The notes under the pieces: generated by a model
The model's input: the letters and a program-made list of their open reading frames with translations, nothing else
Told to the model about the DNA's origin: nothing
Databases searched by the model: none
Shown here: piece after piece, positions 25,612 to 35,846 of the stretch
How positions within the stretch are numbered: position 1 is the first letter of the stretch
How the letters are laid out: each line of letters begins with the position of its first letter
Made by a program: the position numbers and the translations under genes
Origin: Acidobacteriota bacterium
GTDB lineage: Bacteria > Acidobacteriota > Blastocatellia > Pyrinomonadales > Pyrinomonadaceae
DNA: 64,000 nt
Assembly (NCBI GenBank): GCA_023391155.1
Contig: JAEWBM010000029.1
Span: 10,892-74,891, forward strand
Reading direction: 5' to 3'

Positions 25612-27429
25612 ATGAAAAGGCTTTTATTCTCAATTTTCGCCGTCTCGCTGTTAACGGTTGGCATGCGTGCCCAGGTTGCTGAGGGATTTGATCTCTCTAA
25701 TTACGGCGTCCGCATCGAACCCGACCGCCGCGTGATCGTCGTCCTTGCCACCATCGAGGCCGCACGCACCACCAATGCCGCGGGCGAATCTGTCCCGGTC
25801 ATCAAGACCCCGCTTTCCGCCGAGGGCAGCAAGTTTCGCGACCTGCTCAAGAGTGACCTTGCCGCGCTGAACGGTGATCTGCGGGATAGGATCTCCGCTT
25901 TTATGATCCGGCATAAGGCGAACCGGCCGAATATGTCGGATGCCGAGATCGTTGCGCCGTTCATCTCGATGGCGTATAGCCTGACGCCCGCGCCCGAGCT
26001 GGCCGATCCGGTCATCACGACCGATCTGCCCGGCTCGCTTCTCGATGTGCTGGATTTTGCACCGCTCGTCCGCGATTTTTATCGGGTGTCGAGCATTTCC
26101 GGCAATCTTAATGATTATGTAAAGCGTTATAACGCTGTCGCCGATGGCCGCCTGCGGTCGTCGACGCAGGAGATGGTGTCGAACTTGTTGGGTTATTTGC
26201 GGACGCGGCCGCAGCTCTATATTCAGGAACGCACCCGCGTCGAGGTAGAGCGTTCAAAAAACACGAAACTGCAGACGAACGAGACCCGCAGCCGCGAGCG
26301 GCGGTTCCAGATCGTGCCCGAAATGCTTGCCCCGGTCGGGGCGGTAAATTTCGTTAACGTCCGCGACGACTATTATGTTGTTGTTCCGCCGGACACCGAT
26401 GTGGGTTTTTCGGATGTTCGCCGCGGCTATTTACAGTTCGTGATCGACCCGCTGGTGCTGGCACATTCGCGTGACGTCGACACCGTGCGTGACGGCCTAA
26501 AGGCCCTGCTCGACGAAAAGCGAAAGGCGAACGCCTCGGTTTCGCCGGATGTTTACCTGACGATCTCGAGATCGCTTGTTGCCGCGGTGGACACCGTTCA
26601 ACGCGAGAATGAGCGCATCCGCATCGCCACCGAGGCCGCTCGCAAGCGTATCGACCAGATGAAGACCGATGCCGAGCGCCGAGCAGTTTCCGCAGAGCTC
26701 GAAACGCTCAAGCGCGGATTTGCCGACGAGACCGCTCTTCGACTTTCAGAGGATTACGAACGCGGGGCTATCCTCGCATTCTATTTCGCCGATCAGCTCA
26801 GAAACGTCGAGGATTCCGGCTTTGATATAAACGCCTCTATGCGCGAGATGATACTCGGCATCCAGCCTGAAAAAGAGGCTGACCGGTTGCCGGAATTTGC
26901 CGAGGCCCGGAAACGGGCCCTCGCTGCCCGTTCCGCTAACGATCGGACCGAATCGACGATAATCGTCGAAAATCCCGTAACGACCAAACTCATCGAGATC
27001 CAGACGCAGATCGACGGCCGCAAGCTGGCTGAGGCAGATGCCGAGCTCAAAAAGCTGCTCGAGCGCAATCCGGGCGAGCCGCGCATCTTCTATAACATCG
27101 CCCGTGTCGCAAGCCTTTCCGCCGAATCCATCGAAGAGGAAGAGGCCCTTAAGGCAAAACTTCTAGAGGCAAAGGTCGCTTATGAGAACGTGGTCCGAAT
27201 CGCCGTCAAACAATGGGAGGATGTAGCCGCCGGCCGCCAGGTGGCTCAGCCGATCGACCCCGCTCTCGTCTCGCTCTCCTACGTCGCTCTCGGCAAGATC
27301 TACGAGTTCTTTGACGACACCGGCTATGCGATGACCATCTATGACGCCGCGATAAAGCTCGGCCCCGTTGCCGGCGGCGGACACGGCGAGGCCCTCGCTG
27401 CCAAACAGCGTCTGCTCCGCGAACAATAA
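25612..27429 (+). CDS. Secreted hypothetical protein with C-terminal TPR-like region
   Basis: Signal peptide MKRLLFSIFAVSLLTVGMRAQV (start moved to 25612). The C-terminal 150 aa are helical-repeat-like (EPRIFYNIARVASL..., VSLSYVALGKIYEFFDDTGYAMTIYDAAIKLGP). Confidence 0.6.
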   Translation: MKRLLFSIFAVSLLTVGMRAQVAEGFDLSNYGVRIEPDRRVIVVLATIEAARTTNAAGESVPVIKTPLSAEGSKFRDLLKSDLAALNGDLRDRISAFMIRHKANRPNMSDAEIVAPFISMAYSLTPAPELADPVITTDLPGSLLDVLDFAPLVRDFYRVSSISGNLNDYVKRYNAVADGRLRSSTQEMVSNLLGYLRTRPQLYIQERTRVEVERSKNTKLQTNETRSRERRFQIVPEMLAPVGAVNFVNVRDDYYVVVPPDTDVGFSDVRRGYLQFVIDPLVLAHSRDVDTVRDGLKALLDEKRKANASVSPDVYLTISRSLVAAVDTVQRENERIRIATEAARKRIDQMKTDAERRAVSAELETLKRGFADETALRLSEDYERGAILAFYFADQLRNVEDSGFDINASMREMILGIQPEKEADRLPEFAEARKRALAARSANDRTESTIIVENPVTTKLIEIQTQIDGRKLAEADAELKKLLERNPGEPRIFYNIARVASLSAESIEEEEALKAKLLEAKVAYENVVRIAVKQWEDVAAGRQVAQPIDPALVSLSYVALGKIYEFFDDTGYAMTIYDAAIKLGPVAGGGHGEALAAKQRLLREQ

Positions 27430-27449
27430 CGCATTTGCGAGATCCCAAT

Positions 27450-27485
27450 GGGCCTGTGAGCGATCACGGGCCCTTTCTCTTGTTC
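27450..27485 (+). terminator. Rho-independent terminator
   Basis: GGGCCTGTGA-gcga-TCACGGGCCC (one mismatch) followed by TTTCTCTTGTT. Confidence 0.5.
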
Positions 27486-27528
27486 CGGACTTTCGCCTTT
27501 TCCTTTCGCGAGTGATAATTTCTAACCA

Positions 27529-28428
27529 ATGACCGAGACCAAATTTCGCAGCGGCTATGTCGCGCTTATCGGGCGGCCGAATGCGGGAAAATCTACGCTT
27601 CTGAACCGGCTCGTCGGCGAAAAGATCGCCGCTGTTTCGAACAAGCCGCAAACGACCCGGCACAAGATCAAGGGCGTCGTGACGCTTGACGAAGGTCAGA
27701 TCGTCTTTGTCGATACGCCCGGCGTTCACAAGCCCGGTTATCTGCTCAACAGGCGGATGATGTCGGCCGTCCACGATGCGATCCTGTCGGTCGATCTCGT
27801 CGTGCTGATGCGAGACGCCAGCGTTTCCACGGGCAACGGTGACCGTTTCGTCCTAGACCTCATAAAACAGTCCGGCTCAAAAGCGATCGCCGTGCTGAAC
27901 AAGGTGGATAAGATCAATGAAAAGGAAAAGCTCCTGCCCCTGATCGACTTCTACTCAAATGAGTATGACTTCGAGGCGATCATTCCCGTCTCCGCCATGA
28001 AAGGCGATGCCGTCACCGCGTTGCTCACCGAGATCGTCAAGAACCTCCCCGAGGGCGAGCCCATCTTTGCCGAAGATGAACTCACCGATCAGCCGATGCG
28101 GATGATCGTCGCCGAGATGGTCCGCGAAAAGATCCTTGCCACGACCGGCGAAGAGATCCCCTATGTCACGGCCGTCGTCACCGAAAAATGGGACGAGAGC
28201 GATCCCGAAAAACCGGTCATTTATTGTGCGATCTATGTCGAACGCCCGTCGCAGAAAGGCATCATTATCGGCAAGGGCGGCAGCAAGCTTAAGCAGATCG
28301 GCACCGAGGCTCGCCGCGACATCGAGGCTCTGCTCGGCCGTCACGTCCATCTGCAGCTATTTGTAAAGGTCGTCGAGGATTGGCGAAACCGCTCACGCGA
28401 CCTCGATGAAATGGGCATCCGCGAATGA
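27529..28428 (+). CDS. era: GTPase Era
   Basis: G1 GRPNAGKSTL, G2 QTTR, G3 DTPG, G4 NKVD, and a C-terminal KH domain (GIIIGKGGSKLKQIG). Confidence 0.95.
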   Translation: MTETKFRSGYVALIGRPNAGKSTLLNRLVGEKIAAVSNKPQTTRHKIKGVVTLDEGQIVFVDTPGVHKPGYLLNRRMMSAVHDAILSVDLVVLMRDASVSTGNGDRFVLDLIKQSGSKAIAVLNKVDKINEKEKLLPLIDFYSNEYDFEAIIPVSAMKGDAVTALLTEIVKNLPEGEPIFAEDELTDQPMRMIVAEMVREKILATTGEEIPYVTAVVTEKWDESDPEKPVIYCAIYVERPSQKGIIIGKGGSKLKQIGTEARRDIEALLGRHVHLQLFVKVVEDWRNRSRDLDEMGIRE

Positions 28429-29315
28429 CATCCGAAAAACAAGAAAAGCGTTGGTTTTCCGTGGCCGTAACTGCCGCCGCCGAGGCCGAAGAGGCCGTCG
28501 CATTTGCTCTAAACGAACTCGACGCCGAAGGCACCGAGGCCGACCAGCTCGGCCGCCGCGCCGGCGAACCCGTCACCGTCAAAGGCTACTTTACACAGCT
28601 TCCGGATGCAGGCCAGATCGAATTGGCCATCGCCGATGCCTTGCGCATTTACCAACTTCTTCCCGCTTCTGTGACCTCCATCTCTACCGAGGAGGTCGAA
28701 CAGACCGACTGGCTCGCAAAATGGAAACAGCATTGGAAGCCGACCGTCGTCGGCAATTTTGTCATCGCCCCGCCCTGGGAGGACGTCGACGACCCGGTGC
28801 GCCACTTAATTAAGATCGAACCGAATATGGCATTCGGCACCGGTACCCACGAAACGACCAAACTTTGCCTCGCTGCACTTGAGCAATATTTTACGCCCGG
28901 CGATACCCTGCTCGATGTCGGCACGGGCACCGGCATCCTCGCCATCGCCGCAGCCAAATTGGCCGGCCCATCCGATGAGGCATTCGTCGACGCGTGCGAT
29001 ACCGACAGCGATTCGGTGGCGATCGCCCGCGAGAACGCGATGCTCAACGGCGTCGGCGATTCCATACGGTTTTCTGAAGGCTCGGTCACGCCCGAAACCC
29101 CCACCGCCGATGTCGTCTGCGCAAACCTAACGCTCGACGTCATCCTCCCGCTGCTGGAAGACCTCATCGCTAGGGCGAAAAAGTATCTGCTCCTTTCCGG
29201 AATTTTAGACAAGCAGGAAGGCGAGATCGTCTCGGCCCTGGCAGTTCGCGGGTATTCAACCCCACAGGTCACCCGCGATGGCGAGTGGATCGCCGTCACA
29301 CTGAAAATGGGTTAA
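28425..29315 (+). CDS. prmA: Ribosomal protein L11 methyltransferase
   Basis: WLAKWKQHWKPTVVGNFVIAPPWE, IEPNMAFGTGTHETT, and the SAM motif LLDVGTGTGILAIAAAKL. The start overlaps the era stop as ATGA. Confidence 0.9.
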   Translation: MTSEKQEKRWFSVAVTAAAEAEEAVAFALNELDAEGTEADQLGRRAGEPVTVKGYFTQLPDAGQIELAIADALRIYQLLPASVTSISTEEVEQTDWLAKWKQHWKPTVVGNFVIAPPWEDVDDPVRHLIKIEPNMAFGTGTHETTKLCLAALEQYFTPGDTLLDVGTGTGILAIAAAKLAGPSDEAFVDACDTDSDSVAIARENAMLNGVGDSIRFSEGSVTPETPTADVVCANLTLDVILPLLEDLIARAKKYLLLSGILDKQEGEIVSALAVRGYSTPQVTRDGEWIAVTLKMG

Positions 29316-31294
29316 GGCTCGTCCGGGGTCGACGTCGCTTTCGGAATGTCGCCGTCATCGGTGACGGTTATCATCGGCGTCCGGCGTGTCGGCCGCGAAC
29401 GCGTGATCGCCCGCAGCACGGGCGGCAGGCTGGGTGTAGCGATGTTCGATGGCGAAAGCCGTTCCGTCCGTTTGAGTATCGCCCCGCCACGGCCCGCTAT
29501 CCACACATTGCTGCCCCCTCGGTAGGCCACCGCCTGCAGCAGCGAGGGCGAGATCGTCGGCTGGCTCTGCCACGTCGCGCCGCCGTCGTTTGTCACTATT
29601 ACGGTCCCCAGTTCGCCGACGGCGATACCCGAATGTTTTCCGATCGATGAGACAGCGAAGAGGTTTGCCTGGACCGGCGATTCGTTATCGCGCCATGTCA
29701 GCCCGCCGTCTTCCGTGCGGAGAATTATGCCCCCACTCCCGACCGCAAACCCATTATTCTCATCGTTAAAGCTAACGGAATAAAGGTTTTCCGTCACGTT
29801 CGTCTTGACCGGGGTCCAGACCTCGCCGCCGTCCATCGTCACCAAAATGGTGCCGCGGTCGCCGACGATCACGCCCCGCTTGTCATCAAGAAATTCGACA
29901 TCCTCAAGCCAATACCTCGTGTCGGAATCGACCCGCTGCCAATATGCCCCGCCCTGCGTCGTCTTCAGTATCGTCCCGTTCCCACCGACCGCAAAGCCCA
30001 CGAGGTCGGTCACAAAGTGAACACCGAAAAGGTCGTCCTCAACGCCTGAGACGCCGGTGCCCCAACTCGCACCGCCGTTTATCGTGCGAAGCACCGTGCC
30101 GCCGTCGCCGACCGCCCACCCCTTTTGCCCGTCAAAGAAATGCAGCGCATTCAGGTTCCGCTGAGTATTGGTGAATGTCGGCAGCCACATCTCGCCGCCG
30201 TCGTTCGTTATCCACGCCCGGCCGCGCGAACCGATCGCCACCCCGAGCCGGTCATCCAAAAACGCAAGGTCGTTGATATCCTCGCGGGCGCCGTCCGACA
30301 GGCGCTGCCAGCTAAATCCGCTGTCGTCCGTGCGAATGATCAGCCCGCTTTCGCCGACGCCCCATCCGGTGAATCGGTCCGCCATGTGCAGCGAGACGAT
30401 CCGCGGGCTTGTTCGAATGCTGAACGGAAGCCACGTTTTGCCGCCGTCGCCCGTGACCCAGACCATTCCCGCCGCGTCACTCATCGAACCGTTGGCAGAG
30501 TCCGAGAAACAAAGCGAAAGCAGATCGGCGCGCCCGTGAAAATCGCTCCGCACCCACGTCTCGCCCAGGTCCCCGCTGGTCGCCACACAGCCGCCGTCCC
30601 CGGCCGCGATCAATTCTTTATCGCCCAGGAACGCGATCGCATTCATAGTCGCGCGTCCGCACGGGAGCGACGCGGACCACGTTTTTCCCGCATCGCTCGT
30701 CACCAATACGACGCCCTGTTCACCCGCAGCCGCGGCCAGATCGCCGCCGCGTGCCGCGATCGCATTCAGATTTTCGCCGTTTTCATGCGCCAGCGTTTCC
30801 CACGTCTTGCCCCCGTCCGTGCTGCGGACGACACGCCCCGCCGTACCCGCCGCCCATCCGAAGGCGTTCCCCTCGCCTGAAAAGACAACCGAACGCAGAT
30901 GCTCCCGGGCATTGTTTTCGATCGGCCGCCAATCTCCGCCGCCGTTTTCGGTCGAGAGGATTGTGCCCCTTACGCCGACCATCACGGCGTTCCGCTCGTC
31001 ACGCACAAAAACATCGGTGAGGTTCACGTCCGTCGGCGAAAATTGCCGCTGCCACGTGAATCCTCCGTCGCGGGTCCGCAAGATCGTGTTGCCCACACCG
31101 ACCGCGTAGCCCGTTTTCTTATCGGGTGCAAAATGAATGGAATTGAGCGGATTTCCCTGCGGCAGCGGGTTTTGCCAGATCCAGCCGCGGATACTTTTCT
31201 GGGCGTAGGCCCCCGGCCCCGCGGCGGCCACGAGCAGCACCGCGAGGGCGCAGCGGCCCAACATAAAACGAAAACATTTCGATCGGGGGAACAT
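29312..31294 (-). CDS. Secreted multi-blade beta-propeller protein (BNR/Asp-box, Ycf48-like repeats)
   Basis: More than 12 repeats of the form (S/T)xDGGxTW, for example TRDGGFTW, STDGGKTWE, TSDAGKTW, TGDGGKTW and TNDGGATW. Signal peptide MFPRSKCFRFMLGRCALAVLLVAAAGPGAYAQ. Start moved to 31294 to avoid overlap with rnhA. Confidence 0.75.
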   Translation of the reverse strand: MFPRSKCFRFMLGRCALAVLLVAAAGPGAYAQKSIRGWIWQNPLPQGNPLNSIHFAPDKKTGYAVGVGNTILRTRDGGFTWQRQFSPTDVNLTDVFVRDERNAVMVGVRGTILSTENGGGDWRPIENNAREHLRSVVFSGEGNAFGWAAGTAGRVVRSTDGGKTWETLAHENGENLNAIAARGGDLAAAAGEQGVVLVTSDAGKTWSASLPCGRATMNAIAFLGDKELIAAGDGGCVATSGDLGETWVRSDFHGRADLLSLCFSDSANGSMSDAAGMVWVTGDGGKTWLPFSIRTSPRIVSLHMADRFTGWGVGESGLIIRTDDSGFSWQRLSDGAREDINDLAFLDDRLGVAIGSRGRAWITNDGGEMWLPTFTNTQRNLNALHFFDGQKGWAVGDGGTVLRTINGGASWGTGVSGVEDDLFGVHFVTDLVGFAVGGNGTILKTTQGGAYWQRVDSDTRYWLEDVEFLDDKRGVIVGDRGTILVTMDGGEVWTPVKTNVTENLYSVSFNDENNGFAVGSGGIILRTEDGGLTWRDNESPVQANLFAVSSIGKHSGIAVGELGTVIVTNDGGATWQSQPTISPSLLQAVAYRGGSNVWIAGRGGAILKRTERLSPSNIATPSLPPVLRAITRSRPTRRTPMITVTDDGDIPKATSTPDEP

Positions 31295-31310
31295 CAAATA
31301 CTCAAAGGGC

Positions 31311-31769
31311 CTATATCTCCACGACGCCGATCTCGGCTGCCAGTTCGTCCAAAATGTCATTGTCAACGCGGCCTTCGCAGGCGATCATCCGTGCCGCCTT
31401 GTCAGCGACCTCCTGGATCTCGTGGCCGGCATGCCCCTTTATCCATTGCCATTGGATCTTGTGCCGTGACGCCGCGTTGTCCAGCCGCTTCCACCAATCG
31501 TGGTTCGTCTTCCGCTTCCACGTCCCGCCCATCGTTTCGACAACGTAGCGGGAATCGGAAAAAAGCCTGACGCTGCACGGCTCCGAAAGATTCTCCAGGC
31601 CCAAGGCGGCCGCGGCTATCTCGGACTGCTGATTCGTCGCCGCTCCCAGATACTCGCCGAACGCCTTCCAGTACCCCTTAAATCCGAGCACGGCGACCGC
31701 CGCCGCACGCGGATTCCCGCGGCCATTGCCCAGGCTCGATCCGTCACAGACTATGGTTACTTCCTTCAC
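31311..31769 (-). CDS. rnhA: Ribonuclease HI
   Basis: The catalytic DEDD pattern is present: VCDGSS..., NQQSEIAAAALGL, LFSDSRYVV, WIKGHAGHEIQEVADKAA. The GTG start overlaps the stop of the upstream ATPase gene (GTGA). Confidence 0.9.
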   Translation of the reverse strand: MKEVTIVCDGSSLGNGRGNPRAAAVAVLGFKGYWKAFGEYLGAATNQQSEIAAAALGLENLSEPCSVRLFSDSRYVVETMGGTWKRKTNHDWWKRLDNAASRHKIQWQWIKGHAGHEIQEVADKAARMIACEGRVDNDILDELAAEIGVVEI

Positions 31770-34414
31770 TCTTTTTCGATGCGCATTTCGTGATCGAGAT
31801 ACCCCTCGAACGTATCGTCATGCGAGATAACAAACAGCTGATCGAAGTGCGTTATCTGTCCGATCTGCATCGCCAGATTCTCGCGGCGCTCGGCGTCCAT
31901 ATTGGTCGTCGGCTCATCAAAGAACGCGATGCGAATATCGGAAAGCTGCTTCAGCAACGCCAGCCTTACTGCCAGAGCCGCCGCCATCTGCTCGCCGCCC
32001 GACAGACTCTGAAACGTCCGCTCGTGGCCCCCTTCTTCCAGCACTATGCCGTAATCTTCACACCACCTAAGCGTCTGTTCCGCATTGCCGAATATCTCGC
32101 GAAAAAGATTGTTCGCCTCCGCCGAGATGTGGTAAACGTAATTCCGTGCGACGAGCGGTGCGGCCTCCTTGAGAGTATCGCGAATAAACTGGGTGGTTTC
32201 AAGGGTTTTATCCAGTTCGAGCTTTTCCTTGCGGCCCGAGTCGAGCTCTTTCCGCAATTCGCTCAGCTTTTCCAGCTTTTCTTCCAGCTCACCGATCCTG
32301 CGTTCAGAATTTTCCCGCCGCACCCCGGCAGCCGCGGCCCTTGACCGGAGCGTTGAAAGCTCTTCCCGTGCCGCATTATGCCGTGCCGCGTCATATGCCG
32401 CGTCGGCGGATCTCAGAACAGCCTCGGCCTCGGCAAGCTCCGCCTCCGCTTTTCTAAGTGTTTCCTCGCATTCGGTCAGCCCCGCGGCGCGTTCATCGAA
32501 AACCTCCGCGGCCCGCGAATATTTAAGAAAGGTGCGATGGGCCTGTGCCGAACCATCGCGAACCTTGACCGCCTCGTCCCACATCGCGTCCAGGTCCTTG
32601 TATTTTTCCAACTCTTCCACCGCCAGCCGCCGGTCGCTCTCAAGCCGTTCGATGTTGCTTTCGATCTTGCCGATGGCCTCGCGGACCTCAGCCTCAAGTG
32701 CTGCTTCGTTTTCGAGTAGTCCGACGCGGCCGCGCGGGTCTCCAAGCTCCCGCAACGCCGACTCTGCGTGCCGGAACTTTCCTTCGATCTCGGCCGCCCG
32801 CTTCGCTGCCTCGTCCGCCGCGACTATCTCCGCCGCCAGCGACTTGCCCTCGGTGGCGATCTCGACGAGACGCTGCTCAAGCGCCACGGCGCGCTCGGCC
32901 GCACGTTCCGCATCGCGGGACGCCTTTATCTGCATCGAGGCTGCCGACCGCTCCGTCTCCAGCGCCGCGATACCCGCCCGCAGGGTATCGAACTGTGAAC
33001 TGACAAACCCCTCAAGCGTCTGGCCGTCCTTCAAATTCAAACAGCGCTCGGAAAGTATCGGGCACAGGCCGCCCTTTATCTCGGCCTGAAAACGCTCGTC
33101 GCGTTCAAGCTCCGCCCGCATCGCGGCGAGCCGCGCCACTATCTCGGCCTCGCGCTTCTCGGCGTCCTTGGCAAGGGTGCCGTTCTTCGCTGCTTCTCGG
33201 GCGGCGGCCAGTTCCGCATCTGCCTCGCGGTACTGGGCCCGCCTTTCGTCACGCCGGGCCTCGAGGGCCGCCTTTCTCACCGCCTGCGCCTGTTCCCGTG
33301 CCACCTCTTGCCTAGCACTCTCGACCTGCTTCTCAAGCCGTTCCTGCTCGGGCATCAGCGGCCGCAGCCGAGCGATCTCGGCGTGAGCCGCGAGTATCCG
33401 GTCAAACCTCTCTCGCGTATGCTTCTCGTCGGTCTTGACCCGTGCCTCGGCGGTCTCGATATCACGCAGCGTATGCCGCAGCTTCTCCCGCTCGGCCCGT
33501 TCGCGTTCGAGTTCGGTGATGCGGCCAAGCGTGCGTTCATATTGCTCCGCGAGATCCCTGACCTCGGCGATCCGCTCGCGAGCCTCGCCCGATTCCGCGA
33601 GCTCAGCCCGCTTCTGCCCAACTATCGTCTCGCACCTGAGCTTTTCCGCGGTCAAGCGATCGAATGTCGACCGTGCCTCATTGGCGGCCGTGGCCTGTTT
33701 TTCCAAAGCGTCAAGTGACGCGGAGGCCGCCTCCATATCCCCCGTCAGCTTCTCGATTTCGTCCGCAAGCACGGCAAGTTCCTGCTTTGCCGCCGCGAGC
33801 TCGTTCTCGATATCTTCCGCACCCTCGAGCTGGCCCTCTGCACGGCCGAGCGATTCGCGCAGGTCCGCGATCTGCTGCTCGATGAACCGTTGTGTTTGCA
33901 GCAGCTCGCTTGCCGCGCGGCGATATTCTTCGACCTTTAGCAAGGTGTCAAAGGTCGTCTTTCTCTCGGCCGGAGACGCCAAAAAGATCGCTGTCAACGT
34001 CCCCTGCGGCACACCGATAGCGTGCTTAAACAGCGCGGTCAGATCGGTGCCCGGCTCAACGCCCAGATGCTGCCACAGGAATCGGCAGACCTCGATCCGC
34101 TTTTCGGCGATCCGCTGCCCGATACGCGGGTCGTAAACGTAATATCCGGCCCCCGTGTCGCGGTAAACAACGTAATCGCGGCCATCGGCACTGCTTTCAA
34201 ATGTGACGTAGACGCTGCCCTTTTTCGTCCCGCGGGTCCGGAACTCATCCTTTTTGTAATCGAGCACATCGAAAAGGGCCCAGGCGATCGCCTCGATGAT
34301 CGTCGTCTTTCCGGCACCGTTCTCGCCCGTGATCGCAGTCGTGCCTCTCGAGAACTCGAATGTGGAGTTTCGATGAGATTTGATATTCTCAAGCTCGAGC
34401 TTTTTGATCAGCAT
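31766..34414 (-). CDS. sbcC: SbcC/Rad50-like SMC-type ATPase (long coiled coil, apex Cys motif)
   Basis: Walker A GENGAGKTTIIEAI, an Ala/Glu/Arg-rich coiled coil of about 550 aa, a mid-protein GGLCPILSERC motif, signature LSGGEQMAAALAVRLAL, Walker B IAFFDEPT, and VISHD. Start taken at the ATG at 34414 (MLIKKLELENIKSH). Confidence 0.85.
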   Translation of the reverse strand: MLIKKLELENIKSHRNSTFEFSRGTTAITGENGAGKTTIIEAIAWALFDVLDYKKDEFRTRGTKKGSVYVTFESSADGRDYVVYRDTGAGYYVYDPRIGQRIAEKRIEVCRFLWQHLGVEPGTDLTALFKHAIGVPQGTLTAIFLASPAERKTTFDTLLKVEEYRRAASELLQTQRFIEQQIADLRESLGRAEGQLEGAEDIENELAAAKQELAVLADEIEKLTGDMEAASASLDALEKQATAANEARSTFDRLTAEKLRCETIVGQKRAELAESGEARERIAEVRDLAEQYERTLGRITELERERAEREKLRHTLRDIETAEARVKTDEKHTRERFDRILAAHAEIARLRPLMPEQERLEKQVESARQEVAREQAQAVRKAALEARRDERRAQYREADAELAAAREAAKNGTLAKDAEKREAEIVARLAAMRAELERDERFQAEIKGGLCPILSERCLNLKDGQTLEGFVSSQFDTLRAGIAALETERSAASMQIKASRDAERAAERAVALEQRLVEIATEGKSLAAEIVAADEAAKRAAEIEGKFRHAESALRELGDPRGRVGLLENEAALEAEVREAIGKIESNIERLESDRRLAVEELEKYKDLDAMWDEAVKVRDGSAQAHRTFLKYSRAAEVFDERAAGLTECEETLRKAEAELAEAEAVLRSADAAYDAARHNAAREELSTLRSRAAAAGVRRENSERRIGELEEKLEKLSELRKELDSGRKEKLELDKTLETTQFIRDTLKEAAPLVARNYVYHISAEANNLFREIFGNAEQTLRWCEDYGIVLEEGGHERTFQSLSGGEQMAAALAVRLALLKQLSDIRIAFFDEPTTNMDAERRENLAMQIGQITHFDQLFVISHDDTFEGYLDHEMRIEKE

Positions 34415-34539
34415 TAGGTTCAAAAGTGCAGCGGGGCCGAAGGGAGAGGCTCGGCCATTGGGTCCCGGTTATTGCTATATCTCTAATTGTAGTTCAACGC
34501 CCGCCAACCTGAAAGAGCGGGCCAACTTCGCCTGACAAT

Positions 34540-34836
34540 ATGAAGATTAAAACCGGTGAAAGCGCGATCATGGTGCTCCATACGCCCCGCGAAAAGCTGC
34601 TCGGCATCGTCGATGAGATCGGCGAGGCCGGCATTTATATCCGTGCCATCGACCTCAGCTATTTCGATGATTGGTGCCGCTCGATCGCGGCAGATGAGCC
34701 CTATTTGGCGATGACGGATTACTTTATCCCGATGTGGCGTGTGGAGCGCGTGATGCGCGATGAGGGCGGCGAAGGAGCCCCATCTCTGAGCGAACAGTTT
34801 CGCCAAAGAACCGGGTTGGAACTCGGTGCTGTGTGA
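34540..34836 (+). CDS. Small hypothetical protein (98 aa)
   Basis: Its composition is more protein-like than that of the overlapping antisense ORF. I recognise no family. Confidence 0.4.
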   Translation: MKIKTGESAIMVLHTPREKLLGIVDEIGEAGIYIRAIDLSYFDDWCRSIAADEPYLAMTDYFIPMWRVERVMRDEGGEGAPSLSEQFRQRTGLELGAV

Positions 34837-35835
34837 TTATTCGGGACGCTTGATGCTGATGCTGCCGCTGTTGGTCGTCAGGTTCAGGCTGCAGGCCTCG
34901 CCCTTGCCGATAACAGCCGCGAGGTTCTTCGACCGCGAGGTCTCGTTGCGATAAGTAAATTCCATAGGCAGGTCCGTATCGAACGAGCCCCACCCATATG
35001 CCGCAGTAAGGTTACAAGACGACTGTTCCGGGATCAGCAGCCTGATCGAACCATTCGATGTCTTAAATCCGTAGATCCCGCCCGCGAGAAAGCTTCCGTC
35101 AAAGAGCACCGAGCCTGAGATCGAGTTTGCCTCGATCTGCCTGTGGGCCACCTTTTGCATCGAGATCGCTCCGCTCGCGGTCTTTGCACGAAAAAGGTCG
35201 CCGATCTGCCCCGGCGATACGTCATAGGCAAGAACGTTGCCCGTCGTACTCTCGATAGTGATCGCACCCGCCGAGCTTTCCACCGTCACGTCGCCCTGAA
35301 ATGCCGCCGCCTCTATCCCGCCGTTCACGTTACGGAACGCAAGGTTCCCTTCGATTATCTTTACGCTTGCCTTGCGGACGGAGTCGATCACCGTTTCCGT
35401 CGAGCGGCCCGAAATGTTAAGCGAGGCGCCTGTCGGCACATCCATTTCGATCTCGCTCCCGCTCAGGCATTCTGACATCGGAACGCGCGTCCGGGCGTCT
35501 TGTAGGTCGGAAGCGATCCAGACCCAGTTGGCCATGCCCGCACCGTCTTTTTCCAGCACCCGCAGATTAAATCCCCGGCCGTTTCTGACAAAGACCCGCA
35601 CTTCGTTTCTGTCCCAGCCGTTGATCCGCAAATTGCCGTCCGTTACGCAGAACTTGAGATTCACGTTCGCTGCCGCAGACAGCCTTGCCTCATTATCACC
35701 GGGCACGGCCGCAGCCTCCGGCGGCATCGGAAATCCCGGAGGCCTAGGCGCCGGCCGCTGGGCCGTAATGCTGACCGCACCGAATACAAGGCCCGCCAAC
35801 AGGGCTGCGGTAAATTTTGAAGCGGATCTAGTCAT
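34837..35835 (-). CDS. Secreted beta-helix-like protein, DUF4097/putative-adhesin type (tentative)
   Basis: Signal peptide MTRSASKFTAALLAGLVFGAVSITAQ. It has repeated short segments of the G.I.V...G.V...SG.I type. It sits downstream of an ECF sigma/anti-sigma pair. Confidence 0.5.
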   Translation of the reverse strand: MTRSASKFTAALLAGLVFGAVSITAQRPAPRPPGFPMPPEAAAVPGDNEARLSAAANVNLKFCVTDGNLRINGWDRNEVRVFVRNGRGFNLRVLEKDGAGMANWVWIASDLQDARTRVPMSECLSGSEIEMDVPTGASLNISGRSTETVIDSVRKASVKIIEGNLAFRNVNGGIEAAAFQGDVTVESSAGAITIESTTGNVLAYDVSPGQIGDLFRAKTASGAISMQKVAHRQIEANSISGSVLFDGSFLAGGIYGFKTSNGSIRLLIPEQSSCNLTAAYGWGSFDTDLPMEFTYRNETSRSKNLAAVIGKGEACSLNLTTNSGSISIKRPE

Positions 35836-35846
35836 TATATGGGCGG

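Noticed and set aside
34483-34806. 107-aa ORF on the minus strand overlapping the 98-aa plus-strand ORF.
   Set aside because: Its sequence is His/Arg/Ala-rich and non-protein-like. It would leave the plus-strand ORF, which has a more balanced composition, unexplained. Neither ORF is strongly supported.
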